Assembly (NCBI GenBank): GCA_028023455.1
Contig: JAQFVV010000011.1
Location: 5,642,001-5,706,000 of the forward strand
Length of the DNA: 64,000 nt
Direction of reading: 5' to 3'
Origin: Epiperipatus broadwayi
Taxonomy: Eukaryota > Animalia > Onychophora
This document shows positions 1-11,800 of this stretch, piece by piece; position 1 is the stretch's first letter, and every line of letters starts with the position of its first letter. Made by a program: the position numbers and the translations under genes. The notes under the pieces were generated by a model. The model was given only the letters and a program-made list of their open reading frames with translations. It was not told the DNA's origin and searched no databases.

Positions 1-1124
1 CACATAATTATGAAAGTGAATCTATCATCAAACTCAACAATCCAACAATAGATTAAAGTTATATACTTTAATAAAATAATATATATGCTTTTTGCATAGA
101 AATAAATAAATTAAATTTAAAAAAACCATTATACAACAAATATTATATTTTTTTAATTTATGAAAACCTGTTTTGATAATGTTTTATTGTCCTCTTCATT
201 GTAACATACATCTTCATTACTAATGAAGGCAAACACCAGAAAACCCATCTGTAGTTGTAATAGCACTGTACAAGCTTAAGATCTGTTGAGTATTTATTTA
301 ACTTACAATAAATAGCTCTAGAATGAAGGAAGGCAATAAAATTGCTCTTGAATATTATATATGGTAACCTTAAACATCTCTTTAATATATATGCTACACT
401 CTCTGTGAAGCTTTTGTGAATTAAAAAATTACAATATTTGTTTTGAATACTTTTTTTCAGTTTTTTTTTTGTTTATTTAAATTTTATACAATATGGTTTT
501 ATTAAAGACTTTATATATTTTTATTTTGAATTTTTTCACTAGCTTCTTTAAAAATGATTGTGAATTGGGGATATGTAGTTTAATTTTAAGAAATTAATTA
601 TTAAATTTTGTTTGTAGCAATTAAAAAATAATAATAATAACTTTTTGCCATAATTATATAAATGCAAAGTTTAAAATAGTTATATAAGCAGGATTAAGGA
701 ATGCTTTTATTTTTTAATAAACTAAAGAAGTTAATTAAAAAAGAAAAACTTGTAAAAAAACCCAAACGCGTAATAATAAAGTGTATATGCTCAAATAAAA
801 CAAAAAAATGTATTATTTGTTGAGATGAATTTATTTTTTTGAAAAAGCAATTCATATTGCACCAGAAAAGTATTACATTTGTATCTTATGTATATATTTT
901 CATCATTTATATTTGTAATGGTTTAATGTTTTGTTGGAGCAATATTTTGCATAAAATAAAAATGTTGATCATAGAAAAGAGAAGTAAAGCAATTGAAATC
1001 TTTTAAGTTATAGCTGTGAAAGAAAATGTAAAAGATGTCTTGAGTAGATAAGATTAAGACTATTACTGAAGTATTAATAAAAATAATTCATTGAAAGATA
1101 TTTGTTAAGGAAAGCTTTTATTAG

Positions 1125-1127
<3 letters not shown>

Positions 1128-1184
<57 letters not shown>

Positions 1185-1221
1185 TGATGATGATGATGAT
1201 GATGATGATGCTGTTGCTGTT
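1128..1221. repeat. Compound microsatellite (TAA)n-(TGA)n-(TGC/TGT)
   Basis: Perfect TAA run changes to TGA/GAT run at about 1181, then CTGTTGCTGTT. Confidence 0.95.
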
Positions 1222-3759
1222 TATAAGGAAAGGAAGACTAATTGATAAATCTTAAGAAAATAATATTTACTTTACTTTGTTAGATATGATGTAGAAGAGT
1301 GGTACTTGTGACAGGTATTTATTGAATACATATCAATTTTTTTTAAAAAAATATCATGTCCATTTCAAACGTAGCCATTTACCAGCATAAAAAATCAAAC
1401 TTAGTCTCTCACTATGCATATATTCATTAGATGAGGTATTGGAATTAAATATCTGGAACACACCCCCCCCCCCCATGGTAATTCAATATTTTTCTTCTTC
1501 ACTGTTTTCTTGAAACTTAAGGACTGTTATTATTGCACTATAAATATTTGCAATTTTTTATTTATTTTCGTCATGATGAGAAAAATGTTTTTGTCAATAA
1601 GTAATTTATTTCATAATTAATTAACCTATTATACTTCATTATACAATGTTTTAAAAATAAGTCATTATGAAAGTGGTGGTCAAAATTGGAAAAGAATAAT
1701 TACTATAAATATAGTATATATATAAATTTCAGTCTACTCTAAAGCTATATATTGTAAGCTGATCATCAGTAGACATTAAGTGGTATATTGCTATTATATC
1801 ACCTTTCGATTTATAGCTTTTTCTTCATCAATGAGGACTCTTGTATCTAACAGCCATTTTTTACATCTCCATACTATTCAAGCTAATAACTTGAAATTAA
1901 AAAAACAAACAAAAATCCAAAACTTAATGTAAAAGTAGCTGGTTAATGCATAAGCATTATGAGTTTTAAGTTGTCATCGATGAAGGCAAAAGCCACAAAC
2001 TGGCTTGGAAATGTGGATATTATAGAAATACATCGTCGATTATCTATTGGTTAAGGAGGTTTATTGCAAGCGATTTTAAAGTGAAGAAAAACCTCTTAGA
2101 ATCAAATAAGCAAGCTGAGAAAATAATGCGATTGCATATGTAAAAGTATATTTTAACAATAATTTTCATTCCGTTTTTTTTTTTTTTTTCCAACTGAATT
2201 GCTAAACCCTGTTGAAAATTATCCCCAAATTGAAATTTATTTTATGCTGCAAATGATTTAGATCTGAGATTGCTATAGGTAAATTGTTAAGAACAAGCAG
2301 CCTGCAAACAGGAACCGTATTAGGAAGCTTAAACAGTATTATCTAGGTCAAACAGAAATTGAAAAATGTTGTTATTAATGAGTTATTAGCAAGTAATGAC
2401 AATTTATCATATTATTATAATACAAATCTATGATTATTGTTATTTTTAAAAATATTGATAAAATATTTATTTTCAAGCTATAGTTATAAAGCCATTTGTA
2501 TATATGTATGTAATAGTTTTCTTTTTTATGATGGACTTTCAAAATCAGATAATCATAAAAAAATGAATAGATCAAATCATTTATGAAGAAATAACGTGGC
2601 AATTTAATTATCACTTTGTATGATTTTTAGATATTTCGACTAGTACATTATTATTGCATCTTATATTAAGAAAAATATTTAGAAATAGTTCAGAATTAAT
2701 AAAAATTAATGGCAGCTTCATTACAAAAACCAATTTTCACATATAGAAAATTTAATAGTCGTTTTCTTGATTTGGAAGGCAGTTAGTTTGTGTGACATCT
2801 GAAAATAGGTGCTAGTATCTGGAGCCATTTAGAAGATCACTTTCACAATTTAATAAAGTATCTTTTTATTCTTTTTTTTGTTTTGTTTAGGGCAGTTGTT
2901 TTCATTTTTTTTATATATATATATAAATATAGAGGTTTTGCTTTATTAAAAGGATCAAACTCGACATTATCTATTTTGATCGTCATTAAATATGACTATC
3001 ATGGAATTACGTTTAATGTGCATTTATATATAGTACTGTATTAATTTGTCTCGACTGCTAAAAGAAAACATTTTAACATTTTTATAATGAACCACCATTT
3101 TTAAGAAACCTATCTTCACTTGGAAACATTTGATCATTAATCATACACATAGACACTGTTGCGAAAATTTGTTAGATATTCATAAATTTATAGTTTCTTG
3201 AAAAATAATACAAAACTGACTATTGTCCTGTCTAATATGTGTTATAGCAAAATAATAAAAAAATGAAATAATCATTTAAATTATATTCATATCAATATAT
3301 TGTAAATTCATCTCGATCAGTAAAAAAAAAAAAAAAATCAATTTTGTTTTTCCATTTGTAAGTAATTATAAATTGTTAGTATAAAAATAAATTCCACATC
3401 TTTTTTTTTTGAATGGAAAATTGAAAATTGAAGATGATAAATAATAATTTTTATATAAATCTAAAAGCGTATTATTTCTAAACTTTAATATATTTAAATC
3501 ATTTTTATTAATTATACAAATTAATAAAATGATTTTATTAATTAATGTAATAAAACTACTAGAATGTCACAAGATCACCATTTAAACCACTAAACATCAC
3601 ATGATCACTATCTCATACTAGCACAATAATTGTTATTAAACAATTCAAAACAAAACAACACTCTCCATATAGTAGTGCCATCTTGTGCTAACAAGAGCAA
3701 TCAATGGATGCCAGAAGGCTTGTGCATAAAATCCCTATCTAGTGCCTACTCATCCAATA

Positions 3760-3801
3760 TCCCCAGACTAGTTTCTGTCTTGTGGCCTTCATCAGTGAGG
3801 A
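3760..3801 (-). ncRNA. Minimal type I hammerhead ribozyme, copy A (one stem II mismatch)
   Basis: Minus strand reads UCCUCA-CUGAUGA-A-GGC-CACAA-GAC-A-GAAA-CUAG-UC/UGGGGA; same as copy B except GAC for GCC in stem II. Confidence 0.55.
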
Positions 3802-3915
3802 GCCTTGGATCTGAGAGCACTGCACCTAGATCTTAGTTAAATAGAGTTAAAAGGTGGGTGCTGGAGGGTTGCATTAGATCCTAAGATCTAGGTGCAGTGC
3901 TCTCAGATCCAAGGC

Positions 3916-3957
3916 TCCTCACTGATGAAGGCCACAAGCCAGAAACTAGTCTGGGGA
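3916..3957 (+). ncRNA. Minimal type I hammerhead ribozyme, copy B
   Basis: Stem I TCCTCA (3916-3921) pairs with TGGGGA (3952-3957); core CTGATGA 3922-3928; stem II GGC-cacaa-GCC flanked by a non-canonical A/A pair; GAAA 3942-3945; palindromic stem III ACTAGT; predicted cleavage after GTC at 3951. Confidence 0.7.
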
Positions 3958-3997
3958 TATTGGATGAGTAGGCACTAGATAGGGATTTTATGCACAA

Positions 3998-4410
3998 GCC
4001 TTCTGGCATCCATTGATTGCTCTTGTTAGCACAAGATGGCACTACTATATGGAAAGATCACCATTTGTTAAAACAATAACTTTCTTCATACAGTATTGCC
4101 ACCTAGTGCAAATTAGTAATCAATGGATGCTGGAAGATTAATGCATTAAATCCCTATCTGGTGTCTACACATCCAACATCTCCATCTGGTTTCCAACTTA
4201 TGCCTTCTGGCATCCATTGATTGCTCTTGTTAGCACAAGATGGCACTACTATATGGAAAGATCACCATTTGTTAAAACAATAACAACTTTCTTCATACAG
4301 TATTGCCACCTAGTGCAAATTAGTAATCAATGGATGCTGGAAGATTAATGCATTAAATCCCTATCTGGTGTCTACACATCCAACATCTCCATTCTGGTTT
4401 CCAACTTATG
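3998..4410. repeat. Direct tandem duplication of about 205 bp
   Basis: 3998-4201 is repeated at 4202-4410, differing only by a 3-nt and a 1-nt indel. Confidence 0.95.
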
Positions 4411-7400
4411 GTTTTCATCAGTGAGGAGCTTTGAATATGAGAGCATTGCACCTACATCTTTGGATCTAATACATTCTTCCAGAAGTCACCTTTTATCCTT
4501 TTAGTAATATAAATTATGAGCCTAAATTGAAAAAAAAAAAAAACAGTAATGTTTTCAATTCAAACTAATTTGTTTATATGGTTGTACAGAATTTAATCAA
4601 GTTTTTATCTACATGTTTTAATGCCCTTTGTTTTTCATAATCAAACATCCTTCAGATAGGAATAGTATTAAACAACTAGACCATCACATGATCACCATTT
4701 TTTATGCTTACACAATCTATTAATACAGTAACAATTTTTTTCCATATAGTATTCCATCTAGTGCAAACTAATAATTACTGGGGCTAACAGGTTAGTGCAG
4801 CAAATTCCATCATTGCATGCTTATCTAACATTCCTAGAGTAGCTTATATTATTGAGGACTCATGGATAAGAGTACACTACATTTAGATCTTTTGGATATA
4901 ATGCATTTTTCCAGAAACCATCTTTTACTTTATATTTTTAGTTAACTATAAAGCTACAAGTCCAAAATGAAAACAATAATGTTTTCAATCCAAGATTCCT
5001 AACTGATGAAAACCAATATAGATTTCATGCTTTAACTTTTAGCATCCATTGATTATCATGACTTGCACTAGATGACAATACTGTAGGGAAAAGGTTGCTT
5101 CTGTGATTGTTGCTAAAAAAAATAGTGAACATGTGATGTTGTAGTCATTTGATGCAACTAGTCTGGTGATGTTGGATGAGTAGGCACTATATATAGATTT
5201 ATTGTTTTAACCTTTTAACATCCATTGATTATCATGCTTTGTACTATATGGCAATATTGTATGGAGAAAGTTGCTCCTGCACTAGCAAATTGTGTAAATA
5301 AAAGAAATAGTGGCCATGTGACATTCTAGTCATTTGATATTAATCCTAGTCAAAGGATGTTGGTAACTATGATTATTTAAAAAAACCAAAGACACCAAAA
5401 TATACAGGTGGTGAACTGGGTTCAGATATAGATGACTAATGACTATACAAATGAATTAGCTTGAATTAATAATGTTATTGTATTTTAATTTGGTTAACTA
5501 AAAAAGGTAAAGGGTGACTGCTAGAGGGTATGCATTATGTTCAAAGATCTTGTGCAGGGCTCTCAAATTCAAAATCATTGATGAAAAACCAATCTAGGGA
5601 TGTTTGATGAGTATGTGATATATAGGAATTTGATGCATTAAGTTTCAGGTATCAGTTGATAACTGTGGCTTGCTCTAGAGATACTGTATGGAGAAAGTTG
5701 CTACTGAGATAACAGATAATGTAAGCATAAAAAGTGGTCATTATGTGATTTTCAAGTGGTTTACCAACAATCCTAGCCAAAGGATGTTAGTGTCTATAGT
5801 TATTAAAAAATCAAAGATATCAAAAATATAGATGCTGAACTGGGTTCAGGTCTGTATGACTCTGCATGTGAATTAGCTTAAATTTAAAACATTATTGTTT
5901 TTTTTTTTTTCAGTTTGAGTTCATAGCTTTGCAGTTAACTAAAAAGATAAAATGTGGCTGTCAGTGGGATGCATTAGATTCAAATATCTATGTGCAATGT
6001 TCTCAGATTTAAGACTTCTTATGATATAAGCTAGAAACTAGTCTGGGGATGTTGGATGAATTGTCACTAGTTAGGGATTTAATGCACTAATCTTCTAGTG
6101 TCCATTGATTACTATGGCTTTCACTAAGTGGCAATACTGTATGAAGAAAGTTGCTACTATATTAAAATTTCCAGAATTCGAAAATTTAATTAGATTTTAA
6201 AAATATAAATACAAAATCATAAATTTAAAAGCAAGTATATCTGTATACAAATATTCAAATATGAAATATCTAATTAATAATAATAATAACTAATTTTACT
6301 TGTGCTAAGCAGCTTAGACAAGAAATTGGTGCATTGACCTATTAACATTATTTGTTAAGTTCCTCACTTTTTGTTTTGATTAAACAAATAGTGCAATTTT
6401 AAACTAGTTTCATTTTATTCTGTCATTTCACTGTTCTATTTTTTCTTCAGTTATTAATTTTTTACAACTTTCTATCTTTGCAATGACCAGTAATAGCATC
6501 TTTATGAATTTGAAGCAAATGTTATTTTGCCAAAAATATTGGTAGGTATATCTTTTAATATTCTACATGCTTGATCTGAAAGATTCCAATGAATTGTAAT
6601 ACACAAACACAGACATGTAAATGTATATCTATAAATTAACATTTAATTATATTTTCTAAATAATAATTTCTTTATATAGTAACTTTTATATGTTGTAATG
6701 GTCAATCTAGTCAGCTGATATTAGCCTACATCTATCACCAAAAAGCACCACTAGATGTATCATCTAGAATTTCTTATATTAAAGTATTGGTATTTGTTGG
6801 ACATTTAGCTACTGATATTTATGTAGGAAGGTTATAATTTATTGGTGAGAAAATCTAACCATATATTCCTGCAAAGCCCCTTAATGACTAGCAGCAATTT
6901 AAATGTCCACTAGGTTGTAGAGAACTAAAGACTCCTTGGAATATTCAATTGGCCATAGTATATGATGGTATGGTATGTTAACAATAATGATTAATAAAAA
7001 AGAGACCCTACTAAATAAAATTCACAAATAACCAAATTTATTTTTAAGTTCATTATGTTATATTAAAACATATAATTATTTTTGTTTTTTATAGTTAACT
7101 AGAATAATTTAATATCTGTGTGATCTACATTTATATAAATTATTTCAATGAGTCCTTCTCTTGAACCTCATGTCATCATGTATACATTTTCGTTGACATT
7201 TCTAATATATTTCTGAATACCATCATGGACCAGATTTCAACAGCAAATCAGTAATATCAGCCATTCCATTCATAAGTCAGTTGACTATGCGTGGTAAAGC
7301 TAAGTTCGGTAAGAGCACACACACACATATATATATATTGCTTTGGAATTTTCCTTAGCAAGTAACACGCACAGTCTCATTCACATGAATATTATATATT

Positions 7401-7767
7401 CTTAATACTTTTAACAGTATGTATTCAGTAAAGTGCTAGATGATAATCATCAACAAATAAATAATTAACTGCATACCTAATTCAAATATACTTGAAATAA
7501 ATCTAAAATATAATCACCTAAGTAATTATTAATTCTAATATCAAAATTTAAAGAATAAGCATGAGAATCATCGGTGAGGACAGGCATTGGAAATATATCT
7601 GTAAAATAAAACGTAAAAAATTTGAAAATATTTTACTAATTATGTATAACTATGTCAATATTCTCTTTACTATATAAACATGTTTGTGACATAATTTAAC
7701 TAAAATGTGCTTAAAACTTTTAATGAACACGTCAAGCCTATTTAACAAATCAATAAAATTAAGACAT

Positions 7768-7838
7768 ATTCCTGTATCACCTTCAACTGCGTGCCAATAA
7801 GGATAATTCCTGTATTACCTTCAATTGCATGCCAATAA
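7768..7838. repeat. 38-bp-period two-copy tandem repeat
   Basis: ATTCCTGTAT(C/T)ACCTTCAA(C/T)TGC(G/A)TGCCAATAA at 7768 and 7806. Confidence 0.9.
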
Positions 7839-8129
7839 ATCGCTTCACTCTCTACCTCCCTCTCTCTCTCTCTTTTTTTTTTTTTAAAAAAATATTGGTC
7901 CTAATAAAATGTTTGAAAAAAAAAAAAAAAGGCAGTATTCATAGATATGTCTATTCTAATTCATTATTATTATTATTCATTTTTATATAATTATCTTCTA
8001 ATATCTTAATTAAGTATTAGGAGGATGATTTCTGTGAAGCAAATTTTTGATTCTTATTAAAATGTTTTAAAACAAATAATTAGCTGTGGTTAATCTAATT
8101 CAAATAACTATAGAACCATTAAAATGATT

Positions 8130-9950
8130 AATTAGTGAGTGGCTAACGGAACAACTACATTACTGTGCTTACACCATTTAAGTTGTCTTTCGAATTTGTA
8201 AATCTTATTAAAAGTTCAAAATTAGGAGTTGATGGCAAAATAGCTTCCCTTTATATAACCGAGCTATATGACTCTATTACAGAAAACAGTCTATTAACAT
8301 CATTAAAAATCAAAACTTTTGAAAAGCAACTATTCACCTACATGAATTAATTTTATAATAGACCGTTTTAAATGGCTTGATAACGACATTATCGCCATGT
8401 TTGATGGAAAACATTATTATATAATTGATGGATAGCCTCTGAGTCTACCCATACACGAGATTATTTTAAATATATATCTTAATCACATTGAAAAACAGCT
8501 CCTCTCTAAATACATCACACATACTCCCAACCTTATTTACACATGATATATATATATATAGATGATGTATTTATATGGCACCCAAAATCTTTAATTAATG
8601 AAATCAAAACAGACATTAAGGCAAAATCTGCATTATTGTGGCCTATAGAATGAGAAGACCATCATAGGGAATTAAAATATCTAAATATCTAGCTACAGAG
8701 AGATAATTTCCTGTTAAATTATAAGATTATCCTCAAATCATTAGTAATCAGAGGTTTCACACCCCCCCAAATCCATCTCATCTCACTCTCACAAATATGC
8801 CAGTCTGTCATCATTTCTTTATAGAAACTATCACTTATACAAGGTGGACGCTACTTAAAAAGCCACCATTGAACAATACCTTAAAGCAGGGGTGGGCAAA
8901 TAGTGGCCCGAGGGCCACATGTGGCCCGCTAAGAGGTTTTATGTGGCCCACCAAGACAATCAGAAAAATCTGCCTTGAACTGAGATTTCCTTTCCATGCA
9001 TGATCGAAAATTCATCTCATACTTTCCACCAGGATGGCCACATCAATACACATGCACAGTGTAGCTACAATGTGCAGTGCTTTTCCAGTTGATTTGGTTA
9101 ATTTCAATTTTGTCTTTGCATTAGCATATACATTTCCAACTTTAGTAAAACCATGAACCCTCCGTGATGAATGTTATGTGTTTAATGAAGAATGGACAAC
9201 ATTTTTTTGGTAATACAGGGAATAAAGCAGTGTGTTTATTGTGTCATGAAAAAAGGTGTGGCTCTCCACTAACCTTCGCTTCCCCAATGCGGCCCTCTGC
9301 CACTCTATGCGGCCCCCAAGCAAAAACAATTGCCCACCCCTGCCTTAAAGAACAAATTGGCATAGACTTCAAATATAATGATGTCACATGAATAGTCAAA
9401 CAATTTTATAAAAAATATGAAATCAAACCCACCCAAAGATGAGAGATCTTGGATACTACTTCATATATCCCATGGATAGCCAAAAACATCAATAAAGCTT
9501 GTTCACAAATACATCAAGTAAGCTTCATACTCCTCCCATAGTTAACACATTAATAAATAATTCTAAGGACAGACTCCATGTAGAATAAACTTTGCATGCT
9601 GTATATAAAATTACATGCCCCTAAGCAGGGTGCAGTGCTATATATTACAGTGAATCATGACATACCTCTCTACTCAGACATTTTTACAGATAAGCCATAG
9701 ATAATATAGAGCAGAAGTCAATTTTCCTCAAGTACCAAAACACCACAGACCATACATTTGGAAACATGTCTGGCAATGTAATAAGCATGGAGCAAAATGA
9801 CTAAGCAGAAGATCAAAGAAGCATGCCTTACAGCTAACAACACTAATGCCGTAAATTGGAAGGAATCAGGTTTCCTCTTTCTAAAAAATGGCCAATCTGA
9901 GTTACATTCAGTTTGGATAATCTATTGCCTATATATACACATATTCATAT
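8130..9950 (+). mobile_element. Decayed Penelope-like element (RT plus GIY-YIG endonuclease), interrupted by a hAT MITE
   Basis: Fragments in PLE order: LSFEFVNLIKSSKL..IASLYITELYDSI (first RT Asp motif region), FDGKHYYIIDG*P, YIDDVFIW (YIDD at 8555-8566), YIPW linker, VYKITCP*AGCSAIYYSES (9601-9657, GIY-YIG-like), KIKEAC..NAVN C-terminus. Many stops and frameshifts. Confidence 0.75.
8887..9342 (+). mobile_element. Non-autonomous hAT (Charlie/SPIN-type) MITE
   Basis: Perfect 13-bp TIRs CAGGGGTGGGCAA / TTGCCCACCCCTG; perfect 8-bp TSD CCTTAAAG (8879-8886, 9343-9350); GGCCC subterminal repeats; internal BED-finger N-terminal remnant (VFNEEWT..NKAVCLLCHE). Confidence 0.92.
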
Positions 9951-10327
9951 AATTATACACATTCAAAGACTATGACTGTGAGAACATTTAATGCTCTTGA
10001 AAGTGCTTAGCTTTGATAGTAATTTTCATGCAATTACAGCTTTTCTTATGAGAGTATGTTAGTGCATACAGTTATAATTTAAAATGACTAATAAAAATAT
10101 TAAACCAAAAAATTGATAGTGAAATGGATAATAATGTGAGTCTTTAGTTAAAATAAAGTTCATTTTAGAATTTAAATAATGTTCATAAATATATACATTG
10201 AGTTTGATCCAGTTACTTCAAATTAGTCTTTATGCAGCAATCAGCAAAGTACCTTGGCAATAATATTTGTTGTTTTTTTTTTTAAATGTATGTTTTTATT
10301 TTAAAATAATTCTATATAGAAATTCAA

Positions 10328-10572
10328 AGTTTAAGTTGACATTGTAGGATCCTGTGTTTTTCTCTGTTGGTTTTAGACATTTAATCACAATCAGTTTTTC
10401 ACATATGTTTGAACTATTTACTTTGTCATTATCAACTTTCCACATATTTGAAATATATAGTTTAAGTTGATGTAAGATCCTGGTTTTTTTCTCTTATTGA
10501 TTTTACACATTAAATCACAATCAGTTGTTCACATATATTTGAATTATTTCAATTTTCCACATATTTGAAATA
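10328..10572. repeat. Diverged ~130-bp two-copy tandem repeat
   Basis: AGTTT(T)AAGTTGA..GATCCTG..AATCACAATCAGTT..CACATATTTGAAATA at 10328 and 10459. Confidence 0.85.
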
Positions 10573-11278
10573 AACATCATTGATAGTTATGTTTTTGTAT
10601 GGTTAGATATAGATGATTTAAGATTAGCTACTTTGGGGACAACAAGACCATTCTGATAAAACTGATTATGTAGATTTAGGAAGGAGTTCCTAGGTGTAGA
10701 TTAATAGTAAATGGACAGTTTTTTGATTCTAAGGTTTTTGTCAGTTGACTTTAATTTGAGGGGTGACTCCTATATTGACAATCAGCACAAGAACCAGAAT
10801 CAGAGATGAAAGAAAAAACAAACTGACTTCTGCTGCTCAATATTTTTATATTAAAAGTCTAAAAATTTTAATCTTATAATTGCAACTGGAATTATTATAG
10901 AAATTTTTTATTTTTAAAACAATTTTTTTAAATTTTTTAAACCGGTTAAAGATAACAAATCATTTTAAGAATAATTAATTCTGATAACATAAAAATTTAA
11001 TAGAAATTTTATTTCTGATCTTCAATTTGTTTTATTTAAAACTTACTGTAGTTTTTTTCCTTTATACTTGGAGTCTGTTAATAAAACTTTTTTTAAAATT
11101 AAATCTTTTTATATTAATTAAACTCATATAAAAAAAAGAACACTAACTTTTTTTATTTCTTGTACTATAAAAATAAAATTATTATTATTATTATTTTAAC
11201 CATTCTAATTTTCTCACTAAAGCAATTTGTACCAGTGTCAATTTGCCACCTAGTGAGAGAAATTACCTTACAAGAAGA

Positions 11279-11800
11279 GTAAAACAATTTTATCATAAGA
11301 TGAACACAAATCTGCCTAAAGATGACAGACCTTGGATTCTCCTGCCATATATCCCTTTTATCATCAAAAATCTTAAAACTTTATGACCATTACATCATAT
11401 AGGTTAATGCACACCCCCTTCAACTGATAGATTGATAAGCAATTACAAGGGTAGACTTAACACTGATCAAATCCTAAACATCATATACAAAAGTATATGC
11501 CCCCAGGATGGGTGCAAGGTCATATATTATAGTGAGTCTCATGCTTTCACAACACCGATAGCTGTATAGAAGAGTTTAAGATAAGCCTAAGTATAAGTCA
11601 ATTTTTCTGGAGCATCAGAACATCACTAGACATATATTTGAGCCTTTCTCAGCCACCATTGTATATATTGAAAGTAATGATTCTAAGCGAAAGTTCAAAT
11701 AAGTCTGGTACATAGCTAATAACAACAATGCTATAAACCAGAATGAATCTTGCTTCCCACCTTTCTAGGAAATGGATTCTCTAATTTGCATAAGCTTTGA
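11279..11800 (+). mobile_element. Decayed PLE 3' portion (linker plus GIY-YIG endonuclease)
   Basis: Aligns by eye with 9395-9900; IIYKSICPQDGCKVIYYSES (11480-11539); HQNITRHIFEPF..NDSKRKFK*..NNNNAIN. Confidence 0.72.

Larger units (their letters stand above)
3664..4053. repeat. Near-perfect 173-bp inverted repeat with 44-nt spacer
   Basis: 3664-3836 is the reverse complement of 3881-4053; I found one mismatch (TTTCTGTCTTGT vs TTTCTGGCTTGT). Confidence 0.95.
3555..6160. mobile_element. Array of hammerhead-bearing ~430-bp repeat units in both orientations (retrozyme-like or PLE pseudo-LTR cluster)
   Basis: Shared blocks recur (GATCCAAGGCTCCTCACTGATGA, GAAACTAGTCTGGGGATGTTGGATGA, CATCCATTGATT, ATACTGTATG(G/A)AGAAAGTTGCT). 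Units lie on - at about 3555-3836, 4081-4498 and 4670-4990, and on + at about 3848-4053 and 4990-6160. Period is about 425-440 nt (GTTAACT at 5493 and 5934; GAACTGGGTTCAG at 5413 and 5837). No coding signal in the unit. Confidence 0.8.

Noticed and set aside
3630-3836. 68-aa ORF
   Set aside because: It is the antisense reading of the ribozyme repeat arm; no protein similarity.
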